This document shows positions 1 through 16,105 of a stretch of DNA of 64,000 bases, piece by piece. The stretch comes from Eledone cirrhosa (taxonomy: Eukaryota): assembly GCA_964016885.1 (NCBI GenBank), contig OZ024741.1, positions 115,320,001-115,384,000 on the forward strand, given 5' to 3'. Under the pieces are notes generated by a model, which made no database searches, was not told the DNA's origin, and saw only the letters and a program-made list of their open reading frames with translations. The position numbers were made by a program, and so were the translations under genes. Positions within the stretch are counted from its first letter, which is position 1, and each line of letters opens with the position of its first letter.

Positions 1-292
1 GGTTTAAGCGTGTTGTGGGTGTAGGTGGCGTGTGGAGAAAAAAATGTTTTTGGGGTGTGTGTGTGGGTGAGTTATATAGGTGATTACGTAAGAGGATGGT
101 TGAAAAGTAGGTAAATTCCAATGATGTTTAGTGGATTCTGTGTTGGTCAATTTCTGCGTGTGGGTATTCCATGAAGCGATGGTCGGAAGAGGAGTGATGT
201 GGGGTGCGCGCGCAACAGGAAGTGGTCAAGCAGTGGGAGTGCTGTGTGTCTGTTTGTGGTGGGAGGTGGTCAGAGGGCATAGCAGCAGTCGG

Positions 293-293
<1 letters not shown>
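1..293 (-). mobile_element. Diverged inverted fragment of the C-rich 3' UTR of the Penelope-like element at 2455-4613
   Basis: Reverse complement resembles ~3740-4070 (e.g. ctgctgctatgcc..ctctgaccac; cgccacctaca). Confidence 0.65.
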
Positions 294-333
<40 letters not shown>

Positions 334-343
334 GGGAGCGTAA

Positions 344-392
<49 letters not shown>

Positions 393-402
393 GGGAGCGT
401 AA

Positions 403-458
<56 letters not shown>

Positions 459-469
459 TTACACCTCCC

Positions 470-2017
<1,548 letters not shown>

Positions 2018-2345
2018 TATATATATATATACATACACACACATATATATATATATACATATATATACATAGATACATATATATATATATATATATACAC
2101 ATACATACACATACACACACATACACACACACATACACTCACACACACATATATATATATATGTACACACATAAACAAATACACATTCAAACATACATAC
2201 ATATATATATATACACATACACACAGACATATATATACGCATATATACACTTACATACACATACATGTATATACATACATATGCGCGTGTGTGTGCATCC
2301 ACCCACACACACATACACGCACACACACTCACACACACATACACG

Positions 2346-4646
<2,301 letters not shown>

Positions 4647-4668
4647 GGTGTGACACACAAGTTGTGAT

Positions 4669-5258
4669 GTATTAGTAAAAAGGAAAAGAAAATGCTGACA
4701 AATTTTTCCCAGTGAAAATTAGTTTAATTAGGAATAAGTATAAATTAGTAATAAGTATTAGTTAGTATTCAGTTTTAGTTTTAAGTTTTTACGGGTTGCG
4801 CATCTCTTATGCTTTTCAAAAATAATTTTGAGATAGAGTGCTCGTGATTTTTGTTCTAATCTGTTCATTTCGCGCTAAAATCAGTTAAATATTCACGTGA
4901 CTTCTACCGACCAATCAAAATTGTTTTGACTACAAGAATTTGTGCAACACGAATTGGCACGAAATTTATAGTGCTTATTCACGTGATATTCAACAACCAA
5001 CCAAATTTTAATACTTTCCAAGCCACTTTTTTCACATAAAACAGGAAGAATTTCCAAAATTGATCACATTAGAGAAAAAATCACGTGCACGCTATCTCAA
5101 AATTATTTTTGAAAAGCATAAGAAATATGCAACCGGTAAAAACTTAAAACTAATATTGAATACTAACTAATACTTATTACTAATTTATACTTATTCCTAA
5201 TTAAACTAATTTTCACTGGGATAAATTTGTCAGCATTTTCTTTTCCTTTTTACTAATA
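4669..5258. mobile_element. MITE-like / fold-back element with ~190-bp terminal inverted repeats
   Basis: tattagtaaaaaggaaaagaaaatgctg...tcgtgattttt (4669-4855) is the reverse complement of ~5077-5258 with few mismatches; non-coding interior. Confidence 0.8.
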
Positions 5259-5264
5259 TATATA

Positions 5265-6460
5265 TATTTGGTACGAGTGATGAGAAACTTGTCCCGCATG
5301 TGCAACCCCAAAGAACTAGAGAGACACATACAACACTTCATCCACCGTATGCAGTTCTCTGGTTACAATCAGAGAGATAAAATCAGAGTATATAGAGGAG
5401 CCAGAACCACATGGGAAAAAATGGTAAATAATTACACAAATGGGACCTGCCCCTTGTATAGGAGCAAATTTTGGAATAGAATAGAAAGAACTAGGAATAA
5501 GGCTAATAGAATAAACTCATGGTATGATAGCAATAAATACCAGAGTGTAATGTTCATCGATACAACCCCTAGAGGTGAATTAGCTTACAAATTTAGAAGG
5601 GCCCTAGATAAACATAAACTCAATATTAAGATAGTAGAAAGACCAGGTACCTCCATAAAAACACTTATTAGCAATACATACCCTTTTCAAAGACCTCCCT
5701 GTATAGATAAGCAATGTATAATCTGTAAATTAAGCCCCCATATTAACTGTAAAACTAGAAATGTAGTATATAGCATAAGATGTACTGAAGGGCAATGTAG
5801 AAATAAAAATATAGTGTACATAGGTGAGACAGCTCGTAGTATAGGGGAACAGATAAATGAACACTAGCGAGACCTTCAAGATAGTAAAGAATCATCTGTA
5901 CTCTACCAACATTCTAAAATAGAACATAAGGGTAAATTAGAGAACATAGAAATAAAAATAGAATCTACACACAGAAAAGACGCAATGTTTAGACAAATCA
6001 CAGAGGCAATAAACGTAAATGAACTCCAACCAAAATTAAATAGAAAACATGAATGGAATAGCAACATCACAATTTACAATTAAAGACAAAATGAAAACAC
6101 ACACGCATATAGAACAAACAACCAACCAGTAACATGTAAATAAACAAATAAATAAACGAATATAAACACACACAAACGCCCGGATGTAACACATGCGCAA
6201 ACTAAGCACACAACATACACACAAAAACAAGATGGCGTATGACAGAACAAAGGAGAGGCACAGAAACAAACAAAAAAAAAAAAAAAGAATCCCCAATCAC
6301 TGAAGAGGTCACAGAATGTGTGACGAAAGAACTTTGATATATAAACAATCATCTGGTTGTGGAACCAATCAACCAACCGGAAATTTATAAATGTATTATA
6401 ATAAATTGAAGTGAAAGCAACTGGTGCGTGTGTTTCTTATTGGCAACATGACCCTCCCAA
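5265..6460 (+). mobile_element. 5'-truncated Penelope-like element (Naiad-like thumb, Cys-rich linker, GIY-YIG) with pLTR
   Basis: RMQFSGY thumb; C-C-C linker; VVYSIRC..YIGETARS..EH; stop at 5865, then RQITEAI..LNRKHEWN; HHR at 6300. Confidence 0.85.
6296..6338 (+). ncRNA. Minimal type-I hammerhead ribozyme
   Basis: atca CTGAAGA G gtcaca-gaatg-tgtgac GAAA gaac TT^ tgat; second copy 51192-51236 has compensated stem I. Confidence 0.75.
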
Positions 6461-6489
6461 TGCTGCGTTATTAATGTTGGTTAGTGTAG

Positions 6490-8379
6490 TTGCGTTTGTT
6501 TTTTTGTAAGGAATTACATAGGAAATACAAAAAAACAAACGCAACTACACTAACCAACATTAATAACGCAGCATGTGATATTGTTAGGAAACTGAAAATT
6601 GACGACAGAACGGTACCCCTATCCCCAGCTACACCGACTTTTAATCTGAAGGACCATAAGGATAACTTCGATACTAACCCTAAAATTAGATTAATATGTC
6701 CTTCAAAGTCCGATATAGGTAAGATTAGTAAGTACATATTAGATCGTATTATCCCCCAAGTTAAGGCTAAGGTAGATATTAAATTATGGGGTAATACTCA
6801 TCAGGCAATAAGATGGTTCAATAACATTAGGGACAAAAACAAATCTTCTTTTATTCAATTCGATATAGATGAATACTATTCCTCTATTTCACCCGAAACC
6901 CTGCATAAGGCCCTCTCTTTCGCTAAGACTAACTCGGACCTCACAAACGAGGAAATTAATATTATACTTGAAGCTAGACGCACAGTAGTGCACTTTGAAA
7001 ATAGTTATTGGGTCCGCAGGGATAGACCCTCGGAATTCGACATTACGATGGGTTCTAATGATTCGGCGGAGGTCACGGATTTGGTTGGGATCTATATAGC
7101 CCATAGACTCCAGAGCGAATTTACGGACCTCCACGGCGGAATATACCGCGACGATACACTTCTATTAGTCAAGAATATGAACAAACAAAACCTAGAAAGG
7201 CGACGTAAAAACATTAGGAAACTTTTCTTAGAACTAGGGCTTAATATTACCTTTGAACACAATCTTAAGGTGGTCAACTTCTTGGATGTTACCTTCAACC
7301 TTAATAACGGTAATATAGAGCCATTTCACAAACTTAATGAAAATCTTAAGTACGTTAATGTAAAATCGAACCATCCTCATTCCATTATTAAATCTATCCC
7401 TAAAAATATATCCATAAGGATCTCCCGACTGTCGTCTAATTTGCAGACCTTCAACGAGCATGCTGAATATTATAATGACGCACTTAGAAAAGCTGGTTAC
7501 TGCGAGAAAATTGAATATCTAGACGATAACCACATAAGTACTATGAATAAAACACATCTAAGTCGAACTAGTATTGCACCACACACACACATCAATAGGC
7601 ATACTAACAGGTGCAAACCAGCAAATAGAGTCAGACGTAGAGAGTACATATGGTATAACCCCGTGTACAATTCTTCTATTAGCACTAAGATTATCTCACA
7701 ATTCTATACACTAATCAATAAACACTTTACAACTTCACATAAATACTATAAAATCTTTAACTCGCGCACCATTAGACTATCATACTCCACTGCACCTAAC
7801 ATAGAACAACTAATTAGAAAACTCAACTCAGCAATACTGAATAAGTACATCCCTAATGACTCAGCGCACCAGCATAGCAACATGCAACGCACTAACACGC
7901 AACCACAACCCCACCAAACTATCCAGGATTCTACTGCAAAACATAAAAATAGTTGTAACTGCACCAAACCAGGTACGTGCCCACTGAATAACCAGTGCCT
8001 AGCACGCAATATTGTCTACCGGTGTACAATAAATTCCGGGATCAACAAATGGTATTACGTCGGATGTACCGCAACTTCTTTCAAGGCTCGCCTATACCAA
8101 CATCGATCTTCGATCAGGCACGAGAAAATGCGCTCCGTAACAACCCTCGCCGATAAAGCCTGGCAGCTTCGGAGGAGCAATCAAGCGTTCTCCCTTGATT
8201 GGCAAATTATTGCAGCTGCGCCTGCATATCAGCAAAATCATCGATTCTGCAAGTTATGCAATTTAGAGATATACTGCATTTTAACGTCGGTAAACAAACT
8301 TTTGAACAGCAAAATTGAACGTTCTCTATACTGTAACCATCGTTTGAAAACGACTTTTTCTTTTTTTAAATGCATATAA
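6490..8379 (+). CDS. Penelope-like reverse transcriptase + C-terminal GIY-YIG endonuclease (N-terminally truncated; codons before ~6526 come from the inversion)
   Basis: RLICPSK, QFDIDEYY, TMGSNDSAEVTDLVG, YRDD, VNFLDVT, SNHP; CNC..CPL; IVYRC..YVGCT..FKARLYQH; CKLC..E..LNSKIE..CNH. Confidence 0.92.
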   Translation: MRLFFCKELHRKYKKTNATTLTNINNAACDIVRKLKIDDRTVPLSPATPTFNLKDHKDNFDTNPKIRLICPSKSDIGKISKYILDRIIPQVKAKVDIKLWGNTHQAIRWFNNIRDKNKSSFIQFDIDEYYSSISPETLHKALSFAKTNSDLTNEEINIILEARRTVVHFENSYWVRRDRPSEFDITMGSNDSAEVTDLVGIYIAHRLQSEFTDLHGGIYRDDTLLLVKNMNKQNLERRRKNIRKLFLELGLNITFEHNLKVVNFLDVTFNLNNGNIEPFHKLNENLKYVNVKSNHPHSIIKSIPKNISIRISRLSSNLQTFNEHAEYYNDALRKAGYCEKIEYLDDNHISTMNKTHLSRTSIAPHTHINRHTNRCKPANRVRRREYIWYNPVYNSSISTKIISQFYTLINKHFTTSHKYYKIFNSRTIRLSYSTAPNIEQLIRKLNSAILNKYIPNDSAHQHSNMQRTNTQPQPHQTIQDSTAKHKNSCNCTKPGTCPLNNQCLARNIVYRCTINSGINKWYYVGCTATSFKARLYQHRSSIRHEKMRSVTTLADKAWQLRRSNQAFSLDWQIIAAAPAYQQNHRFCKLCNLEIYCILTSVNKLLNSKIERSLYCNHRLKTTFSFFKCI

Positions 8380-8789
8380 TGTTACCTTTTTACACCAACG
8401 TTTGCAAATTTCTGTCTTATATGTTTATACACTAGATATGGCTTTCTATAATAATAGTACTAAACACTGTTTTTCTGGACCCCTTTAGAAATAACCTGCT
8501 ACTATAATAGCCCTAATAACTTGTCTGTGACATTGTACCACTTTGACCCCTCTAACTAAATTTTGTCCGAACAACACCACTAGAAGTATCTACTTCCCAG
8601 CCAACCTTAGCACGCCTCATTAAGCTAACTGCTGCCAAAACATTCTCTCTTCACAATCTCTACTAGTCTGACAGTCTTAAACCCTAAGACTCCCTCCACC
8701 TTACTCACTTCCCTCTTCCCCTTCTCTTCCTACCTCCTTCTTTATCTTTTATCTAGTGTATAAAATATTTTCATATCATTCTAATACAA

Positions 8790-8906
8790 AGGTCTGATGA
8801 CATGGTGTGTTGGCTTACAGTGTACTTTCGGTTTTTGATAATATTTGTGTATTATTCAAATAGCGAGATATAGGTAACTCATACACTATAGAAACAATTG
8901 TTACCT
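8790..8906 (+). ncRNA. Type-I hammerhead ribozyme with 90-nt extended stem II
   Basis: aggt CTGATGA c atggtgtgt..atacactat a GAAAC aatt GTT^ acct AATAAA. Confidence 0.8.
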
Positions 8907-9377
8907 AATAAATTCTTTATACCCGCATTTCCATTTCGTAAATTTTTTCTCCATATTTTCTCCGGATTTTAAAACACACTTTATTATACGTTGAGCAATC
9001 TCTGACGTCGGTTGACTTCATCCAATGCAACTACTTAGTAACATTGGAATACAAATTATCTAATTCTACATAAATATATATATAAATATATACATATACA
9101 TACACATATATTCATACTTATATACATACACATATATATTTATACATATATAGATATACATACACACTTACATACGCACATATCATGTTACCTTATATAT
9201 ATGTGTATGTATATGTCAACAAGAAAGTGTCATCGAAATGCGCATAATAAAATATATGGAACGTGTTTAACCATCTTCTAATTTCTTCTTTAATATATAC
9301 TCCAGTTCTACCAAATGTTGAGTGCTACTTATCGGATATATACATACTTTTATTGTTCTACAATATTACTCACCTAC

Positions 9378-9431
<54 letters not shown>

Positions 9432-9652
9432 CTGCTTCTTAATTGTAGAGCTAACTCTGTTGAAGGGAATTGACTGCTATTTCTAGTTGTCGAATACCTA
9501 TTCACGCCACTGAAACGAAGCCGCTGTGATGTGTGTGTAATATCAACACGTGGTAACGGCCAGTTTAAGATTTTGACTCGAAGTGTAAACATGGCTCGCT
9601 TTATATTGTTCTTCCTTGTTGATAATCCAATAATATCCACTTTCCGTGACTT

Positions 9653-9863
9653 ACCATCTGATTAATTGGTGAAATATATTTCTTTAATGAAATATATACA
9701 GGGAAGATTAATCATTAAAAGGTATATATTTTTGAAGTTCTAGTTAACTTTATTTATTTGTTACTTACTAGCCATGCGTGGTTACACGCTTGTAAAAATT
9801 ATCTCCTGTGATTTTTCATGTTTATATTTATTTATATATATATGTTGATCAATTCCTAGTTAT

Positions 9864-9915
<52 letters not shown>

Positions 9916-10040
9916 CTATGTAGGTAACTAAATAAAGTTTAACTAGAACTTCAAAATTAGATACCTTATAAATTGATTAATCTTCCTTGTATATATTCCA
10001 TTAAAGAAATATATTTCACCAATTAACCGATTGGTAGACG
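9653..10040. repeat. Diverged ~120-bp inverted repeat around a (TA)n-containing spacer
   Basis: 9653-9772 is the approximate reverse complement of 9915-10038. Confidence 0.7.
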
Positions 10041-10434
10041 ACAGTATCCAGATCCTGGATTTTCAAGAAGGAAGAGGACTAACCATCTGTGTTTACGCAT
10101 CAAATTTAAATCAGCGACTGGCCAGTAACACGTGCTGTATTTATTAAAAATACGCATATATATATATATATATATGTAAAACTTCAGGACTGTCTCAACA
10201 GCTAGATCCGTACTGTTCAGATCTAGCTGTTGAAACGGTCGAAATACATACATATACATACACCCATACATATACACATACATATAGACACACGTACAGA
10301 AACATACAAAACATATACCCCACCACACACACAAACACACACACTCATATATATATATATACCCACATAGAGGCACAATTCAAGTACGTTATGCATGTGG
10401 AAAAAGCAGATAGGTATGAAATAATTACATAATC

Positions 10435-12727
10435 ATAGTACCGTGAGGAAAGTCGAGATGGCGGAAGGGGTAGGCTGGCGTGTTGGTGGAGGGGATATTT
10501 TGGGGAGTATATTTGTATCCATCTGGCTTCAAAACTGGCTTGTGATATTTGAAAGCTGCAAAGCTTTTGTACATGCAGTTCGGGCAGTGTTCAGAGAGTA
10601 TGTTCAGGATAGGCCCTTTGGTAATTAGTATTTCATAGTTCTCTGAAATACAAAGTTCACAGCACTTGTGTCTTCCCATGTATGAACGCGCTGTCTAGAG
10701 TAATTTCCATTTGTGCATGAAAGGGGTGGAGTTCCTCTTGAGGCTCCAGACATAGGAGGCAAGTGTTGTCTGACTGGATTTGTCCGGTCTTCTAAAAGAG
10801 TGGGTATGGGCATACCACCTGGTCTTAAAATTGAAAATGGCTGGAAGTCATTCCGATATAAGTATTTTAGTAGTTGTCACCAGTGCCTGAGATGACATCA
10901 CATTTATATACAATGTCATTTGTCAGTTTGAAGTGGACAGGCTTCCTTATTTTGGCAATTGCACAAAGCTCCCGTCCGGGGATGGGTTTCGGAGGTAGTA
11001 GGCTTATTTAATTTTGTAGTGTTGAGATTGGCTATATTCCTAGCTGGGTTAGGTGTAGTGGAGTAGGAGAGTCTTATTGTATTCTTATTACAGATAGTGT
11101 AGTACCTAGGTTGTGTGGGGAAGTGTATATTCAACAATTTGAAGATAGTCCTAGCTATAAATGTAGAAACCTCTCTAATCTGCCTATGCCTATTTCTCTT
11201 AGGTGATCTTGAGGTGGTATCTAGATAAATAATCTTTTCTTTAAAGCCACTGTGGGCGAGGGCATCGTAGTAATAAGGGGCAGAGCCAGTAAATATATCT
11301 TCATTGGCCGAGAGACTGGAAATTCCGAGTGAGACGCTTTTAACTAAGTTATCTGTGATGTTTTGGGGGTGGTTCGAATTAACGTTTATATATCTGAGGG
11401 ACTCGTTAGGGTTGTGGTACGGCTAATAGAGGGAAGTATCTAAATCGAGAGAGAGGCATCTAAAAAGTTGGCCCTCGTCTTATTTGATTCTATGGTTATT
11501 TTAAATCCTAGAAAACGGAAGAACGAGCTTAACTTTCTCCGAAAACCATCAGTGGTTCTGGAGTTTACTTTATGCAAGGCGAAAAGGCTATCATCTCGTT
11601 ATAATCCTCCGGTTAGGCCCGTGCAGTGCTTCTTCAGGTGGTATAAGATGTACAGGCCCACGAGGTCGCTAACTTCAGCCGAGTCTCTTGCCCCTATGGT
11701 GACGTCAAAAGGGATCTCAGACTTCTTGTTAATCCAGTAAGATCCCTCGTGGTGTAGAAAGGTCATACGGGCATGGAGGATCACATCCTGCTCAGCGTCG
11801 GTTATGGTGGTAAAATTCCTGGCCAAAGTAAGTGTATCCTTCAGTAGAGGCTCTGCGATAGAAGCGTAGTAGTCTTCTATGTCAAGTTGCAGAAAGCGAG
11901 TGTAGCGTTTGTCGGTCAATTCTTGGAACCAAGAGATTGCCTCGGAGGTTCTGCTCCAGAGTGGGAGAGGTGAGGCCGCGTGCAGTGAAGGTAGAACTCT
12001 ATCAAGGATATTTTTGCTGATAGAACCGATGTCCGAACGTGTGGGGTTGATAAGTCAGACAGATGGCTTGTTGAGGAAGTCACCTCTGTGGTCCTTCAGG
12101 GTAAAATCGGGGTCTTTACCCGTAAGGGTTCCGTTCGGTCAGCTAGTTTAAGGGACTTTGAAATTTCTTTTCCGATCGCATTGGTCTCCGTCTAAGCCAT
12201 CTCGTTCACCTTTTTGTAGGTAGTCGTGATAGCATTATTTTGTCAGCTTATTATAGGTCGGTAGGTCCATCTCTTATACGTTGCTGGTTTTATCGGAGAG
12301 CACATGGAGATTGGGGGAACCTTTCATTTTTCACATTTCGTTTTTTAAGTAGACCTGGAATAGTGTTGGCTCTACGAAATTTAATATCTCTGATCATCTT
12401 GAAGAGGTCTTCCTCAAATTATTCAAGTAGACTTTTGGTGGGTGGTGCCTTATTCATTTTGAAACCGAACTTCTCATCATTGGTAGATGCTACATCAGGG
12501 TGGTCAAAGAAGAACGCTCTCCATCTAATTCTCTTAATGAACTCGTCTGTAGGTCTGATGAGTGTTTTTAGGTATTGTTTCCTTGAAGGGATCGGGAAGT
12601 TCTTCAAGGAGACATTGAGGTCGAGTTTGGTCAGTATGGTTTCTTGGTGATGGTTAAGAGGGCTCAAGGGGTGCTAAAAGATAAGATTATCCCGGGTTCA
12701 ATCGGGGGGTAACCACAGTAAGTAAGG
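10435..12727 (-). pseudogene. Degenerate near full-length Penelope-like element, same subtype as 6490-8379
   Basis: N-term NVSLKNFPIPS..FIKRIRWRAFFF; QLDIEDYY; GARDSAEVSDLVG; RLSYSTTPN..CNC..CPL; CELCISE; many stops and frameshifts. Confidence 0.88.
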
Positions 12728-13315
<588 letters not shown>

Positions 13316-13431
13316 AGTTGAAAAAAATGAAAACGAAATTTCATTTCTCACTCTTAGTATGGCACTTACTTAAATGTAAGTATGTATGTATACGTACATA
13401 CATATATGTATACAGACGTACAGTAGCATGC

Positions 13432-13556
<125 letters not shown>

Positions 13557-13725
13557 TATACATATATACATACAGGTACACATACATATATGCACGCATC
13601 AGTTTAGCGGACGTTTATTACAACGCCGCTTTGTTCGTTTGTTTGTCAACAAACCGAACAGCCCGAATTTATGCCATACGGTGTTAAGGCAAACACGTCA
13701 CCTTTTTGTTCAACACTGACAGAGG

Positions 13726-13770
13726 AACGATGTACTAGTTTCAAGCTTGTTAGCTATCATCAGCACCGTT
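13726..13770 (-). ncRNA. Minimal type-I hammerhead ribozyme
   Basis: Reverse complement of 14170-14214. Confidence 0.85.
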
Positions 13771-13891
13771 TACCCATCTGCCAGATAGTTGAACGTTCGA
13801 AAGTATATACTTTCCTTATGAAAATTAACGGCTGAGCAGCCTAAACTGATGCGTGCATATATGTATGTGTACCTGTATGTATATATGTATA

Positions 13892-13932
<41 letters not shown>

Positions 13933-14169
13933 GCATGCTACTGTACGTCTGTATACATATATGTATGTACGTATACATACATACTTACATTTAAGTAAGT
14001 GCCATACTAAGAGTGAGAAATGAAATTTCGTTTTCATTTTTTTCAACTTATCGTTTTCGGTATGCCTGACCGATTTAACTCACTCAATATGCAAATTAGG
14101 CTGCTCAGCCGTTAATTTTCATAAGGAAAGTATATACTTTCGAACATTCAACTATCTGGCAGATGGGTA

Positions 14170-14214
14170 AACGGTGCTGATGATAGCTAACAAGCTTGAA
14201 ACTAGTACATCGTT
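14170..14214 (+). ncRNA. Minimal type-I hammerhead ribozyme
   Basis: aacggtg CTGATGA t agct-aaca-agct t GAAAC ta GTA^ catcgtt; 7-bp stem I, palindromic ACTAGT stem III. Confidence 0.88.
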
Positions 14215-14383
14215 CCTGTGTCAGTGTTGAACAAAAAGGTGACGTGGTTGCCTTAACACCGTATGGCATAAATTCGGGCTGTTCGGTTTGTTGACAAACA
14301 AACGAACAAAGCGGCGTTGTAATAAACGTCCGCTAAACTGATGCGTGCATATATGTATGTGTACCTGTATGTATATATGTATA

Positions 14384-14421
<38 letters not shown>

Positions 14422-14431
14422 AACCAGTAAG

Positions 14432-14526
14432 ACCCCGACAGCTGAGCTCAAGCCGTTTCGACGGCTAATTCTGGACTAAATGAACATTTATCCTGGTATT
14501 TAAATAGCCGATCTTCTCAGGGGGTA
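14432..14526 (-). ncRNA. Hammerhead ribozyme, C3-A8 mismatched copy
   Basis: Reverse complement of 15919-16013 but core reads CTGAGAA. Confidence 0.7.
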
Positions 14527-15918
14527 ATTCCATATAAGGTCAAAGTGATTGTCAAAAATCAGTAGTAATTCTGTGGTTGCAAATTAGTAGGGGAGATGGT
14601 GGCTAAACCTGCCAGTAGGAGAAAGAGGGGAGGGGGTGGAGTAGACCCAATCAAGCGTTGGTAGTGCCAGCTACAGCTGGGCATGAGGTCAAAGAAGATA
14701 CAGGGGAGGGGGAGGGGGAGGAAGTCGGAACGGTAGGTAGAACAATGGGGGGTAGAAATAGGAAAGAAAAAATACTGAGAGTGAAGAAAAGCAAATAAGT
14801 GTAAAGAAAAAAGTAAAGTAAATTAAATTCTACGACCTAGGTGTCAGGCTATTGTTAGGCGAGAATAAAATAAAGAAAGAAAGAAAGAAGTAAATAAATA
14901 AATAAATAAATAAATAAGGAAATAAGTAAAAGAACTAGGTGGGACGGATTAGGCAAGGACCCTTTTAAGAGGTATAAGTACGTAAATGATACGGTGACTG
15001 GTCAACAAAAGGGGCCAAAATACTAAAGAGACTACCAAGAAATAAACAATAAAGGTTTCCATCCCGGGCCAGCAACGACCCAGTGCAGCAAAGTGAACTA
15101 ATACGAGATAATAATTCTGAGTCCCGAGAAAAATATATACTAATGCTAACTCTAAAAGATCTAAAACAAGCTACATGAAAGTTCGTACGAAATAAAGGTA
15201 GAATACGGAGAAATAAATTCAGAATCCACCCCGCCCAGAAGAAAAGCGAAGCAAGAAATACTGAAACGAAAAAATAAGGCATATGTGCCACTAAGAAATA
15301 TAGAGGGCACAGAGAATAGTGGGAGCGGTCGGAAAAAGGGGGCAAGTATCCGGGGTCTAAGCCAACTGCTATAAAGGGCCAAATCTATCAAAGACTAGGG
15401 GAGGGGGGAGGGGGGGAGTGGAGTATTTGGGCCCCTTTTGTTGACCAGTCACCGTATCATTTACGTACTTATACCTATTAAAAGGGTCCTTGCCTAATCC
15501 GTCCCACCTAGTTCTTTTATTTATTTCCTTATTTATTTATTTATTTATTTATTTACTTCTTTCTTTCTTTCTTTATTTTATTCTCGCCTAACAATAGCCT
15601 GACACCTAGGTCGTAGAATTTAATTTACTTTACTTTTTTCTTTACACTTATTTGCTTTTCTTCACTCTCAGTATTTTTTCTTTCCTATTTCTACCCCCCA
15701 TTGTTCTACCTACCGTTCCGACTTCCTCCCCCTCCCCCTCCCCTGTATCTTCTTTGACCTCATGCCCAGCTGTAGCTGGCACTACCAACGCTTGATTGGG
15801 TCTACTCCACCCCTCCCCTCTTTCTCCTACTGGCAGGTTTAGCCACCATCTCCCCTACTAATTTGCAACCACAGAATTACTACTGATTTTTGACAATCAC
15901 TTTGACCATATATGGAAT

Positions 15919-16013
15919 TACCCCTTGAGAAGATCGGCTATTTAAATACCAGGATAAATGTTCATTTAGTCCAGAATTAGCCGTCGAAACGGCTTGAGCT
16001 CAGCTGTCGGGGT
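15919..16013 (+). ncRNA. Type-I hammerhead ribozyme with U3-A8 core variant and 54-nt stem II
   Basis: acccc TTGAGAA gatcggcta..tagccgtc GAAAC ggct-tgagctc-agct GTC^ ggggt. Confidence 0.8.
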
Positions 16014-16105
16014 CTTACTGGTTCCTATTACCCACTCTACTACCTCAAGTATTGAGTACTTTGGTGCGTTATGGTCCACCTGGTTCCTTACCACATTTCC
16101 TTCGT

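Larger units (their letters stand above)
6461..9072 (+). mobile_element. Young 5'-truncated Penelope-like element (CxC-x5-CPL linker type, probably the Hydra clade) with 5' fold-back and 3' HHR
   Basis: Uninterrupted RT+EN ORF, 48-bp inverted duplication at the 5' junction, HHR at 8790-8906 followed by AATAAA. Confidence 0.88.

Noticed and set aside
5865-5867. Stop codon inside the Naiad-like GIY-YIG as possible selenocysteine recoding
   Set aside because: It is TAG, not TGA, and not at a Cys position; the linker cysteines are normal codons
10916-10918. TGA after CPLQTDK as possible selenocysteine
   Set aside because: The downstream IVYKC motif is in another frame; the element is generally decayed
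14965-15345. ORFs shared between pLTR copies (also 42307-42633)
   Set aside because: Shared only because the repeats are recent copies; low complexity, no motifs
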